Of a stretch of DNA of 64,000 nt, positions 1 to 31,535 are shown one piece after another. Made by a program: the position numbers and the translations under genes. A model generated the notes under the pieces. It ran no database searches and had not been told where the DNA came from. It worked only from the letters and a program-made list of their open reading frames with translations. The DNA is from Salpingoeca rosetta (lineage: Eukaryota; Protista; Choanoflagellata), in assembly GCA_033442325.1 (NCBI GenBank), contig JAWQFM010000031.1, forward strand, positions 67,898-131,897, given 5' to 3'. Numbering within the stretch: position 1 is the stretch's first letter; the number at the start of each line of letters is the position of its first letter.

Positions 1-87
1 CTCTCTCTCCCCTCAGCCGCGCATACACGTAAACTCACTGCCTCCTCTTCCTTCTCTTGCTGCTACTTCGTGCTGATGTCACCACAG

Positions 88-1164
88 TCGTTCCAGCACA
101 CGGGCGGCGCGACGATGCTGGCCAACAAGAACGCGCAGCTCATCTACCTCAGCAAGGCCGACAATGACCTCACGGGCATCAGCCTGCGCCAGGGCGACGG
201 CTTTGACCAGGTGCACTTGCGACGCGACTCGACGCGATGGGGGCGGGAAAGGGGAAGGAAGTAATGGATGGGATGGTGCGACGCATGCTGAACGTACACA
301 CGCACGTGGCATCACCGCCACGCGTAGCAGTGCTCGCTACACATGCACTCGCGTTTGCATGCGTTCATGCACACCCATCACCACCATCACGGTCACGCTC
401 GTTTTTTTTTGTGTGTGTTCGCACCACGTTTCCTCCCGCTCGCTCTTCATCTCCTCACACACACACACGTTCACACACATCCACACATATCCCCAAACAC
501 ACACATACACATCCACACACGTCCACGCCGTGCAGCACGACGGCATCTTTGTGAGCAGCGTTGCGCTGGGCAGTCGGGCTGAGCACCAGGGCCTCTGTAT
601 TGGTGACCAGATTCTGCAGGTCAACGGCGTCGACGTCACATCTTCATCCATGCGACGTACGCTGCTGCTGGTGCTGCTGCTGGTGAACATGTGGGGAGGG
701 GAGGGCGTTGAACGTGTAGTCGTGGCTGCCGTGTTTGCTGTGTTTTCTTCCACTCGCTCTATCGTGCAGCTTTTGTGCACGTTCTCATCCTAACCCTCAC
801 GTCACACATGACATGCATCACGCACCTCACACCTTCCACACGCATACACACACATACACCTATCAGATGTTGACCTGCTGCTCTCCGTCGTCGATTTCGT
901 CATTCTCGCCATCAAAAAGGTCCGACCGTAATGCGGGGATGCAAACGCACGCACGCACGCACACACACACACACGCGCGCGCGCGCAAACTCGCACACAT
1001 GTACACCATTCGGTCTTATGCCTTGTACTCACGCTTTGCTGTCGCATTTTTCCCGACGGCACAGCCAAACTTGCAAGACCTGTATTCAACATCCCCAGCC
1101 GTCAACGCGAACGAAGCAGCAGCACAGCAGCAGGTGCGATGCTGATATGGTACTGATGCTGATG

Positions 1165-1195
<31 letters not shown>

Positions 1196-1708
1196 GTGTG
1201 TGTGTGTCTGATGTTTGTCATGCCTGCCACACGTGCTTACGCGTTCACTGGCACGTTGTTGAACACAAGCACACATGCTGGCACACACACATACATTCAC
1301 ACACGCACATTCACACACGCACACACTCATTACACACACACCTTCACCCTCATGCGCGCGCACACACACACACACACATTCATACACGCAGGTGGCGAAA
1401 GGAGCTGCCAACTCTGAAAACAACAAGAACGAGACGCGATTGCCTGCAGGCAACGCACCAACAGCAGCACGCCTTAAAGACGGAGAGGAAGAGGAAGAGA
1501 CGAAGGACAAGGCGGAACTGCTGCCGAGTGATAACGAATCGTCCACAGACGAAGAGGAAGAGGAAGAGGGGGGTGGCTATGATCACGGTGATGGTGATGG
1601 TGGGCAGGCTGTGACCAGTGCAGGAAGAGAACCGCTATCGACAACACCAGCAGACGCGACGTCGCCAAAGATGGGGCAGCGAGCACAGCCACAATCCTCA
1701 TCAGCGAC

Positions 1709-1744
<36 letters not shown>

Positions 1745-2008
1745 TGGCGGCGAGCAAACTGGTGGCACATCCCCCTCAATCCCACCACCGTCATCGTCAT
1801 TATCGTCGCGCCAAAAGAACAGCAGCAACAGCAACAGCAACAGCGGCGGTGGTGATGGTGTTCGCAGCAAACACCATCACCGTCAGCAGCAGCAGCAGCA
1901 GCAGCGGATGGGGCGGGATGCGTCTGAATCGGAGACGGAGAGCGACATTGATCCATCCAGCTCAGACCCAATGACAATTGTAAGCTCACATGAAACGTGG
2001 CAAACGCG

Positions 2009-2049
<41 letters not shown>

Positions 2050-2356
2050 GTGTGTGGATGTGTGGATGTGTGGGTGTGCGTGTGCGTGTGCGTGTGCGTG
2101 TGCGTGTGCGTGTGCGTGTGCGTGTGTGGGTGTATCATAGGGTACACGGGGGCGCCCTTGCACCTTCTTCCACTCGTGCACCTTCCATTGCTTACACTTT
2201 CTCCACCTGCTTGCGTCATTGCTGCTGCCATAGGCCAACACGATTGTCAACGGCTTCAGCCCCATGCATGACGTCACACCAGTCTCACGGTACGCGGACG
2301 CACGCACAGTCGAAGCGTGTTTTGATTGCTCCGCTCCCCTATCGACGACACACTCA

Positions 2357-2411
<55 letters not shown>

Positions 2412-4062
2412 TCACTCACTCACTCACTCACTCACTCACCTTCTCCTCCTCCTATCTCTTCCCTCCCCCCTCCCTTCCTCTCCAGTCGACGCGGTGGTAA
2501 GCGGACGTCAGGGGTCACGTTTTCCGCAACACCAACCACCTTCTCCTACGCCAAGCAGCGGGAGGGGCGAACGCAAACCAGTCGCACCCCTGCAGCATCA
2601 TCATCATCGTCATCAGCAGCAGCAGCGACAACGTCGACAATTGCCAGTGCCAAGAACACAACAGCGATGGCAGGCGCGGATGACACGTCAAGCACCCCCA
2701 CAGCACGCGGTCGGGTCTTGAGCAGTGGCAGCAAGGCAGGCGCAGTCACGTCGCCTGTCACACCACGGTCTGCCACCATCACGACAGCATCATCATCATC
2801 ATCAACAACAACAACAACATCAACATCAACGCCACCAGTGGCCATGTCTATGCCTTCATCGTCACCTTCATCGTCAGCACAGCGGCGGGTGCACTTTGAT
2901 CTCGTGCACAAGTTTTCCCGCGCAGCCCCGCACCACCACGACGCGACAAAAACGCGCTCAGCACTCAAGCAGCAGGGGCAGAGGAGACAACGCGTGTCGT
3001 TCGCAGGCGTGTCGACAGGCGCAACATCACCATCAACATCGTCGTCGTCGTCGTCGTCATCAGGGCGGCCTGCGCCGAATCGGCACAGCGTGTCTGATCC
3101 CGTGCTCATGCCAACCCAATCCGCCAACAACACCGCGCCAGGCGCTGGCGGTGATGGTGTTGAGGTGCCGCTTCGCCGCGCACCGCCAACAACGCACATG
3201 ACAGCAGATCACCACCAGCCATCTCCGTCATCACCATCACCATCATCATCGTCGTCATTATCATCGTCCGCAGCGAGGGGCGGTCGGCAACCCCGCCCCG
3301 CGTCATGGACCGGAATCCCACACGCACACGCACACGCACACGCACACGCACACGCACGAATGCCTGCGAGCATACCCAGTGGCGGTGACGATGTGTTTGC
3401 AACGAGCACTGGCGATGTTGGAGCTGTCATGGTGCAGCCTGCCGCTCAACGCATGACAACTGGGGATCCAGCAAGCACACGCGCACATGCACATGCACAC
3501 GCACGCTCCCGTTCACATCAGCAGCAGCAGCAGCAGCGGAGACGACGATCCAGCGATTCCAGCGTGGACACCGCAGTTGAGATGAAGAAGAAGAGTGGTG
3601 GCGAGTTTGACGGGAACAGGGGCGTGCTGCTGCGCGGAGGGAGCGATGAGACGATGGGGGCTTCGCCATCACTGTCGCTGTCATCACCACCATCATCCGC
3701 ATCATCGCCGCGTCGGAAGCGCATCTCATCAGACTCAAGCATCGGCACGCCCTCCTCCCGTGACAACAGCGACAACAGCGACAACAGCACGGGCAGCGGT
3801 GGTCGTGGTTATGGTCGTGGTGGCGGCGGACGGGCGCGGCGGTGGCAGACGATTACAACTGTTGATCGTGACAACGGCACGACACCCACGCACGGCGGCA
3901 CATACGATGTTGTCCTCTCACGCGGCAAGGTTTGTGAGATGGTGTGTGGGTTGGGAACGAGCATGCATGCCTGGAGTGTGCATAGCTTCACCCGTGTTTG
4001 TTCGCATGTTTGTTCGTTCACCCGACTTGAGGCAACCCCTTCTTTCTCCACTCACGTCACAT

Positions 4063-4106
<44 letters not shown>

Positions 4107-5228
4107 TCACACACAAACACTTCACACACTTCACACACAATTCACACACACTTTTCACATCACACGCACATAACACGCACAGGACGGGCTTGGCATGCGC
4201 ATTGTGGGCGGTGCGGACACGACGTTTGGCGCGCTCTTTGTTGCTTCCATCGCCAGCGGTGGTCCTGCGGACCGCGCGTCCATCATTCGCGTTGGCGATC
4301 GCTTCCTCCACGTTAACGGCACGCCCACACGCGGCATGACGCAAGACGACTTTCGTGCAGCCATCGCCGACAGCGGTGGGCAGCCGGTCCGCTTCTCCCT
4401 CATGGAGATTGGCGCAGACCAGTGGCGCAGCATCCAACTGCAGGCCGGGGTCAAGCACATTGACCTGACGAGCCCGCGGCAGAGTGGGCCCAGGGTCCGC
4501 AACACGGGTAGCTTTGATGAAGGCACCGCCCACACCCGCCGTGCCGGCGGCGGTGGCAGCCTGGTGTCGTCGCCTCGGAGGGCCACGGAGGGCGGGTTCT
4601 CGTTTGACAGCGGAGCGGGGCGATTGCACAACGGCTCGGCCTCTGTTGATGCAGACGTGCTGACATACCGCCACATGCCGTTGCCTGCAGGCACGGCAAC
4701 CACTGGCGCACGCGACACCCCCAACGGCGGCAGCAGCAGCAACAGCAGCAGCAAGCACGGCGACTCATTTGCTGAATTGCGGCGGTTCCTGCGTCAACCA
4801 CACGTCACGGACGACGACAACGCCACCGCCACCGCCAAAGGTGAAACAACACCAGGAACCGGCCATACGACCACGGGCCGTCCCGACAAGGGTACGGGGC
4901 CCGCGTCGCAGGCCGTGCTGGACAACTTGGTCTTCTCGTACTCCGCCGCGCGCACACCGCGCACAGCTCCGAGTGGCAGTGGCAGTGGCGGGAGTGGCGA
5001 TGTCGTGTCGCCATCGATAGGTGGGCAGCGGAGCAAACTGAGCAGCATGGGCAGTTCTGCAGAAGCGCTGGACGTGGACACACTCGCACGCGCGCAATCG
5101 CCCGGCAGTAAGCACCGGACCGGTAGCGGGGCACGAAGCAGTAGCAGCGGACGTGGCAGCCAGCCCAGGCAAAAGGTGCTTTTTTTGTGTGTGTGTGTGG
5201 GGGGGGGGTGTCTGTCTGTCTGTCTGTG

Positions 5229-5304
<76 letters not shown>

Positions 5305-5686
5305 TCTGTGTGTGTGTGTGTGTCTTTGTGTGTTTCATCGTAAGTTTCACTCATGTCATCTATAACTCCCTGATGCTTCCACTACCCCCACCAATTCTGC
5401 ACAGCCAACACCGCTCTCGTCCTCCACCCCCTCTGGTCGCCGCCGCCCCAACCCATCCAAGGCCTCGCCTAACGTCAGTGAACATGTGTGTCTGTGTCTG
5501 TGCATGTGCCCTGTTGCGCGACGACAATAGAACATGCTCCATCACCATGACTTTGTGGTACCATCGGCACATCACGGCTCATGCACACTTGCATGCACAC
5601 ACGCACACGCGCAACACCCACACACATACGCAACACACACAATCATACAGGCCCGGCGCCGGCTGCCTGTTGTGCCCCGATCGTGA
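88..5686 (+). CDS. Multi-exon PDZ-domain scaffold protein with at least 2 PDZ domains and long S/T/Q-rich disordered linkers; 5' end probably upstream of the window. Approximate exons: 88-210, 536-656, 867-~919, ~1064-1132, 1392-~1979, ~2485-3929, ~4183-5175, 5405-~5485, 5651-5686
   Basis: Spliced reading gives LTGISLRQGDGFDQ|HDGIFVSSVALGSRAEHQGLCIGDQILQVNGVDV (PDZ) and GLGMRIVGGADTTFGALFVASIASGGPADRASIIRVGDRFLHVNGTPTRGMT (PDZ). GT-AG boundaries keep the frame where checked; TGA at 5684-5686. Confidence 0.8.
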
Positions 5687-6719
5687 TTCTTGTCATGGTG
5701 GTGGTCATGCTGTTTGTTGACCAAAGGTGGTTGTGCTGTGTCATGTGTTGACCTTCGCCTCCCGTGTTGCTGCTATTTCTGTGTCTGATGTATTTTATGT
5801 TCGCACTCTCATCGGCGCATACACATACACACCTTGTTGTCATTCATTGTTGAGTGAGTGTAGCTGCTGTTGGAATCTGCACTTTATTGTGTCCATCCTT
5901 TATCTTCATTTATGTTGTTTTACGTACTTAGTTTAAGTTTTTCTTTTTGCTTTGTCATATTGCATGCACACATCGTTAGCACATGCGTGAGCGTTCTAAT
6001 TGAGAGGAGCCGCAGATGGACATTTCAAGTATTAAATGGTTTCCCAAGATGAACTTGACTGTGAATGTGTATCCTGGTTGTTGAACGCAGCAAGGGGATG
6101 ACGTCTGGTCGTGGGATGCACGCGTGCGCGGTGGAGACAAGCAACCAGGAAAAGTCAAAAATTTTAATGCCGAAGTTGCTGGTCTGAAGCCCGTGTTATG
6201 CTTCACTCGTTGTTTACTTCTTTTGTACATGTAGAACTGTTTTCTCGACACTTGTGTTTGGAGCACAGCATTTATGTCGGTGTTGGCTCTTTCTAGCTTT
6301 CTCGCTTTTGCGGGGGGTTGACTCTTCTCATCTAACGGAAAACAGAACAAAGGGGAAGTAACATTAGAACGTTGTAACATACCATAACACCAAAACAGCA
6401 AATCAACGGAACTCGAGGACGTGAGAAGGAGACAAGGAGAAGATCAACAAGAACAACAGGCTAACGAGATCAAGTAGTCAAGTCTCTCTCTCTCTAAGGG
6501 TACAAGACAAGACCCGGTTCCTCACAGCGTTGAAGAAGCGAGGCACTGCCTCTGAGCAGACAGGGGGAGGAGAACAACAAGACAGAGGATGAAGAGCACA
6601 AGAGCAAACAACGCACAAGAACACAAGACACAAGAACACAGCGCAAAAAGACACTGAGGCAAAAGGCAAGCAGCTGCTGTCCTTCCAGTCTTGAACATCA
6701 TAAATTTTCTCTGCTCGAT

Positions 6720-7958
6720 ATGATGATGGGGGTTGCTGTTGTTGTTCTGCTCGTTGTTGTTGTTGGCGTGCTTGCTGCCACTGCTAGTGCAGAGGTGGTG
6801 GTGGAGCAGGTGGATGACGGCACGGGAACGCTGGCCATCACCACGAGTGCGCATGGCAGCGAGGGCAATGGGGTCGGCTCGGTGCTCTTCAACGGCGAGG
6901 ATGTGCTTGGAATGCTCGACAACGTCAAGGCAACTGCGTCAGCCATGCGCCGCGCCGTGACGCGCCTGTGCAACCAGCATGGCAAGATCACCAGCTTCAT
7001 CGCCGTCACCAGCGGGGCTGACGCATGGTCCGGCGGCGTGCTGGCCAACAACAACAAGATCTACGGCATCCCTTACAACGAGGAGAATGTCCTTATCATC
7101 GATACGATCTCCCATACGGTGTCAAAGATCTTACTCCAAGGAGCATCCGGAGACCACAAATGGCAGGGTGGCGCATTCGCCGGAAACGGCAAGATCTACG
7201 CCTGCCCGAACGACGCAACCTCCGTCTTGGTTGTCGACACGATATCAGAAACGGCAAGCACAAGCACCATCACCAACCTTGATTCAGGGCGTGACAAGTG
7301 GTCTGGGGGCGCACTTGCTGACAACGGCAAGATCTACTGTGTGCCCCACGATGCGTCAGCTGTGCTGGTCATTGACCCGGCTTCAGACTCTGCAGACGCC
7401 ACAACGCTCAAACACAAGTCGCCCGCAGGTTCGAGCAACCTGTGGGCAGGTGCTGTGCGCGGCAACGACGGCAACATCTACGGTGTTCCGTACAGTGGAG
7501 CAACCATCTTGAAGATCAACCCAATCACCGATGAGATCACTCACATTTATCCTGGGCTGCCCACTGGCAAAAACAAGTGGCGCGGCGGCGTGATTGGCCG
7601 AGATGGGTTGCTCTACTGCATCCCATATCGTGACACGCGCATGCTGGTCAGCGATTTGGACAGTCAGCGCTCTTTCTTCTCTGTTGCTGATGGAGCGGAC
7701 TCCTCGTACAAGTGGGAGGGTGGTGCGCTTGGCAGCAATGGGCGCATTTACGGTGCCCCGTCCTCAGCGTCGGCAGTGCTGATGTTTGACCCTGCGACAT
7801 CCACAGCAGACACGACGAGCCTTGCCATTGGAGCGCCAGCAGAGCCGTCTCAGTCACGCAAGTGGGATGGGTTGGTTGCTGCGCCCAATGGGCTGTTGTA
7901 TGGGATTCCGCGCAACTCGGACCATGTGCTGGTGATTGACCCACGCTGCCACTTCTGA
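6720..7958 (+). CDS. Intronless secreted protein: signal peptide, short N-terminal beta/coiled-coil module, seven W-x-G-G repeats (predicted 7-bladed beta-propeller), copy A
   Basis: 412-aa ORF with hydrophobic leader MGVAVVVLLVVVVGVLAATASA and seven ~46-aa repeats of consensus W-x-G-G-x-L-x-x-N-G-K-I-Y-x-x-P-x(5)-V-L-x-I-D-P; ends IDPRCHF. Confidence 0.85.
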   Translation: MMMGVAVVVLLVVVVGVLAATASAEVVVEQVDDGTGTLAITTSAHGSEGNGVGSVLFNGEDVLGMLDNVKATASAMRRAVTRLCNQHGKITSFIAVTSGADAWSGGVLANNNKIYGIPYNEENVLIIDTISHTVSKILLQGASGDHKWQGGAFAGNGKIYACPNDATSVLVVDTISETASTSTITNLDSGRDKWSGGALADNGKIYCVPHDASAVLVIDPASDSADATTLKHKSPAGSSNLWAGAVRGNDGNIYGVPYSGATILKINPITDEITHIYPGLPTGKNKWRGGVIGRDGLLYCIPYRDTRMLVSDLDSQRSFFSVADGADSSYKWEGGALGSNGRIYGAPSSASAVLMFDPATSTADTTSLAIGAPAEPSQSRKWDGLVAAPNGLLYGIPRNSDHVLVIDPRCHF

Positions 7959-7968
7959 TCTCTGTGTG

Positions 7969-8051
<83 letters not shown>

Positions 8052-8387
8052 GTGTGAAGACCTTTTTCCATTTGCGTGCATTCTGCTTGTTCTCAGCGTG
8101 CCTTGCAGCGCACTCTTATTTCCTTCGTTACTTTGATCTCTTCTGTTGTACGTTCTTCGTGTTGTTACACCCCTTTGGGCGATCGTGTGCCTTGCTTCTG
8201 CCATCGAGCTCACTCCTCTGTGTGAGCCCCTTCGCTGTCGTACCTTCTGCCCTGATCTGTTCACGTGAAAGGCGCGGTATGATTCCATGCAATGTTAACA
8301 AAGAGTTTGGCTGGAATTTTGGTCGGTATTTTTCACAAATCGCCAACACCCAAGATGACTTGGCGGTCCGCGATGATTTTTTTGACA

Positions 8388-9713
8388 ATGGGCAGAGCCG
8401 TTGTTGTGGTTGTTGTTGTTGTGTTGGTGCTGCTCGCGGCGGGTGGCGAGGCGGGCGCCGCCCAGCAGGACAGGGCGACGATTACACAGGATGAGCAGGG
8501 CTCCATCTCGATCGACGTGCCAGGCGGAAAGCCAGTGTTCTTGAACGGCGTCAACGCCGTGGCGGTGTTGCGTGCACAGCAGGAAGCCGTGGCCATGCTC
8601 AATGCAACCATTGCTGCTCAAGAATCCATGGTCGCGGTCAACGAGGTGGCGCTGCAGCAGGTGAAGGCCACGGTGGAAGAGCAGGACGCACAAATCACCG
8701 CCCTGCGCTCATCGATTTGTCGCCGGTTCACACCAACAAACCCAACGTACATTCCTGTCGTCAACACGTTTGACGCATGGTCCGGCGGCGTGCTGGCCAA
8801 CAACAACAAGATCTACGGCATCCCTTACAACGAGCACGACGTCCTCGTCATCGAGACGACCTCCAACACCGTGTCAAAGATCTTACTCCAAGGAGCATCC
8901 GGAGACCACATGTGGCAGGGTGGCGTACTCGCCGGAAACGGCAAGATCTACGCCTGCCCGAACGACGCAACCTCCGTCTTGACCATCAACCCCGCGACCA
9001 ACTCTGCAACCACATCCGTCATTACGGGGCTGGGCCTCGCGGGAGACAAGTGGTCTGGGGGCGCACTTGCTGACAACGGCAAGATCTACTGTGTGCCCCA
9101 CGACGCACTAGCTGTGCTGGTCATTGATCCGGCTTCTGACTCTGCAGACGCCACAACGCTCGAGCACATGTCGCCCGTAGGTTCAACTAACCTGTGGGCA
9201 GGTGCTGTGCGTGGTAACGACGGCAACATCTATGGTGTCCCGTACAGTGCAGCAACCATCTTGAAGATCAACCCAATCACCGATGAGATAACTCACATTT
9301 ATCCTGGTTTGCGCACGGGCGGCAACAAGTGGCGCGGCGGCGTGATTGGCCGAGATGGGTTGCTGTACTGCATCCCGTACCGTGACACGCGCATGCTTGT
9401 GAGTGACCTCAACATCAATAACCACACCTTCTACCGCGTTGCTGATGAAGCTGACTCCTCGTACAAGTGGGAGGGTGGTGCGCTTGGCAGCAATGGGCGC
9501 ATTTACGGTGCCCCGTCCTCAGCGTCGGCAGTGCTGATGTTTGACCCTGCGACATCCACAGCAGACACGACGAGCCTTGCCATTGGAGCGCCAGCAGAGC
9601 CGTCTCAGTCACGCAAGTGGGATGGGCTGGTTGCTGCGCCCAATGGGCTGCTGTATGGGATTCCACGCAACTCTGACCATGTGCTGGTGATTGACCCACG
9701 CTGCCACTTCTGA
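8388..9713 (+). CDS. Intronless secreted 7-bladed beta-propeller protein, tandem paralog (copy B) with a longer coiled coil
   Basis: The ORF is open from 8292; ATG 8388 ([24 protein letters not shown]) parallels the copy A signal peptide. Same seven repeats, DNA nearly identical to copy A over much of 8772-9735, ends IDPRCHF. Confidence 0.85.
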   Translation: MGRAVVVVVVVVLVLLAAGGEAGAAQQDRATITQDEQGSISIDVPGGKPVFLNGVNAVAVLRAQQEAVAMLNATIAAQESMVAVNEVALQQVKATVEEQDAQITALRSSICRRFTPTNPTYIPVVNTFDAWSGGVLANNNKIYGIPYNEHDVLVIETTSNTVSKILLQGASGDHMWQGGVLAGNGKIYACPNDATSVLTINPATNSATTSVITGLGLAGDKWSGGALADNGKIYCVPHDALAVLVIDPASDSADATTLEHMSPVGSTNLWAGAVRGNDGNIYGVPYSAATILKINPITDEITHIYPGLRTGGNKWRGGVIGRDGLLYCIPYRDTRMLVSDLNINNHTFYRVADEADSSYKWEGGALGSNGRIYGAPSSASAVLMFDPATSTADTTSLAIGAPAEPSQSRKWDGLVAAPNGLLYGIPRNSDHVLVIDPRCHF

Positions 9714-10543
9714 TCTCTGTGTGCGAGTTTGTGTGTGTGTGTGTGTGTGTGTGCGTGCGTGTGTGTGTGTGTGTGTGTGCGTATGCATTTCACGCTCATA
9801 GCCGTTACCATTGAACCACCGCGGTTGCTCATGCTCCCTTCTTTCCTCTCTGTTTCAACCTCCTGCTGGACGTTGGCAGAGCACCCTTCGTTGCCCTTGG
9901 TTACATTACCCCTCTCTGGCTGTTGTTTGCAAAAGTTCATGGCTGCTTCATCCTTGTCAGAGCTCGCGTGGTTCTCACGTTTTCTTTTTCATCCAATGCA
10001 GGTTCTCCCCTCTCCTGTTGTTTGGCGTTGTTCGTGTCGACGGATACGAATTTACGTGCTCGTAACAAATGACATCACGTCTTGTCCCCTTTGCGTCACA
10101 CCCCTTGCTTGTCTTGTGTCACATCATGTGAGATGACACCAAGCCCTCCTCCATCCATTAAACCCAAACCATCCACAGGCAGATGTACCACCAGACGCAA
10201 CACCCGTTGTTTCTGTTCCTGCTTCTGTCGCTGCTGGTGGTGCTTGTGGCGGTCGTGAATTGCGGCCAGCGTGCTGTGCATGGCATGATTGCTTGTGCAA
10301 TTCTCATTGCCACCGCTGCCATCACTGTCTCGCGTGGCGTGGGGCGTGGGGCGTGGGGCGGATGCGACTCGCGGCTGCGTTGTCTGTGCGTGATACACGC
10401 AGTGTTCACCACCACCACCACCACCACCACCATCACGCGTTCCCTGCAGCTGCTGGCGCGCGTGCACACAGCGTCACACTCCTGTTGTCACTGCTGCTGC
10501 TGCTGCTGGGTGGCGTGTTGTGGTTGCGGCTGTCGGCGATGGT

Positions 10544-13791
<3,248 letters not shown>

Positions 13792-14187
13792 GTCGGGGAA
13801 TCCGCAATCGTCGTCACCTCAGGTCGGCTGGGATGTTCGTGCACAGTCCGTCAACGCCAACTGTCATCCTGTCTTTTGTGGCTGCCTGATTGCCTGTCTG
13901 TCTGCTAGTCTGCTAGTCTGCTCACTGGTCTGACCTTCCGTCTGTCTGACACACACACACACACACACACTCTCTCTCTCTCTCACTCTCTCACACACCA
14001 ACACACACCAACACACCAACACACACCAACACACCAACATTAAAACATACACACACACCAACACACACATGCATGCATACACGCACACGCATACAAACAT
14101 ACACACCCACACATACACCCCCCCCCCACACACACACACAACGCGATACAGCAGCAGTTTCGTGCTGCAGGTGCACAACAGCCTCGA

Positions 14188-23911
<9,724 letters not shown>

Positions 23912-24451
23912 TGGCGTTGCCTGCACGCATCCGCCACATGCGCGCACTCAAACGTGTTGTGTGTGATCGGTTGCCTGCTGCTGATAGACGTTCGTAGTTG
24001 ACGTATCTTCGTGCTTCTTCCACCCCTCCCTTGTCCCCATTTCTTTCACATACACACAGGCAGGTGTACATGAACGATAAGCGAGTTGTTTTCCACGCCT
24101 TGCGCGTGTGCATATATCTGTGTTTGCTCGGTTGTGCTGATGGGGTTGTAGCCCCAAAGTTTACTCTCGTTGTTTGTAGATTACAGCCAAACACGCCACC
24201 GCAAAACACACACGCACAGAAAACCACACAAACGCACGCTTCACAATGCGCACAAGACATGACACGAGAGGAGGGGCGACAGCTGTACAGACATTGTTCA
24301 GCATGTATAAATCATACACGCTGGTAGCATAACTGCCACTGTCCCCTCCTCTCTTCTTCTTCCTCCTCCTCCTCCTGCTGCTGCTGTATTGAGTTTGATG
24401 ATGAATCAATATGATGGATGTGATGCTGACACATCAAAACATGCACACCGA

Positions 24452-30887
<6,436 letters not shown>

Positions 30888-31535
30888 GGTGCGCTGTCGG
30901 GTTGGCTGGCGTCGGTGTTACTGTTGCTGCTTGCCGTTGCTTCCCCTGAGCCCTTCTACTTCCCCGTGGTTCGCTGACGCAGCAGTGACAAAGCAAATCA
31001 TCGTTTGTTCAAGGTCAGGGAGGATGTTTGCATGTGCGTACATACATCTTGAGATTTGCAACGATACCTCCATCGAGACCGTCTCCACTTCACCCACACC
31101 CACACCCACACACACGCACACACACACACACACACATCCACACACACACACATCCACACACAGACACACACACACACATCCACACACAGACACACACATA
31201 CACACACACACATCTTCGCATACACGCACACATGGCACCGCGTCACGTCACGTCGTTCAACCACGCTCCGCACCTCCCATACTCACTGCGTCGACGTCAA
31301 TGTTGATGATGACGAGCACTTTGGTTCGGTTGGCTGCTCTGTTGTCGTCGTTGTTGCAGGTGTTGCTGCACCACAGTCGCAGTGTGCCGTTCTCTCGTTG
31401 CAACCCGAAGTCGCTACGCTTTATGCTGTTTTTCTTCGAATCTTTTGATTTTCCCGGTTCTTTCTAAAGTGAATCTGGCGAAAGTTGCGAAAGGTCGTTC
31501 AGCTTATGCAGAGCGCATGCGAGCTGCCTTTTTCC
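30888..31535. promoter_or_regulatory. Putative bidirectional promoter region between AFG3L2 and RPL9, ending in a 5'TOP-like pyrimidine tract CCTTTTTCC (31527-31535)
   Basis: Divergent gene pair; pyrimidine tract about 40 nt before a strong donor CAG|GTGAGC at 31573/31574; CRE-like ACGTCA elements near 31240-31300. Confidence 0.5.

Noticed and set aside
5976-6401. 141-aa minus-strand ORF in the AT-rich spacer as a transposase fragment
   Set aside because: No recognisable transposase, reverse transcriptase or integrase motifs and no flanking terminal repeats.
8292-8387. Upstream in-frame ATGs of propeller copy B
   Set aside because: They would place extra residues before the signal peptide; ATG 8388 better parallels copy A, though this is unproven.
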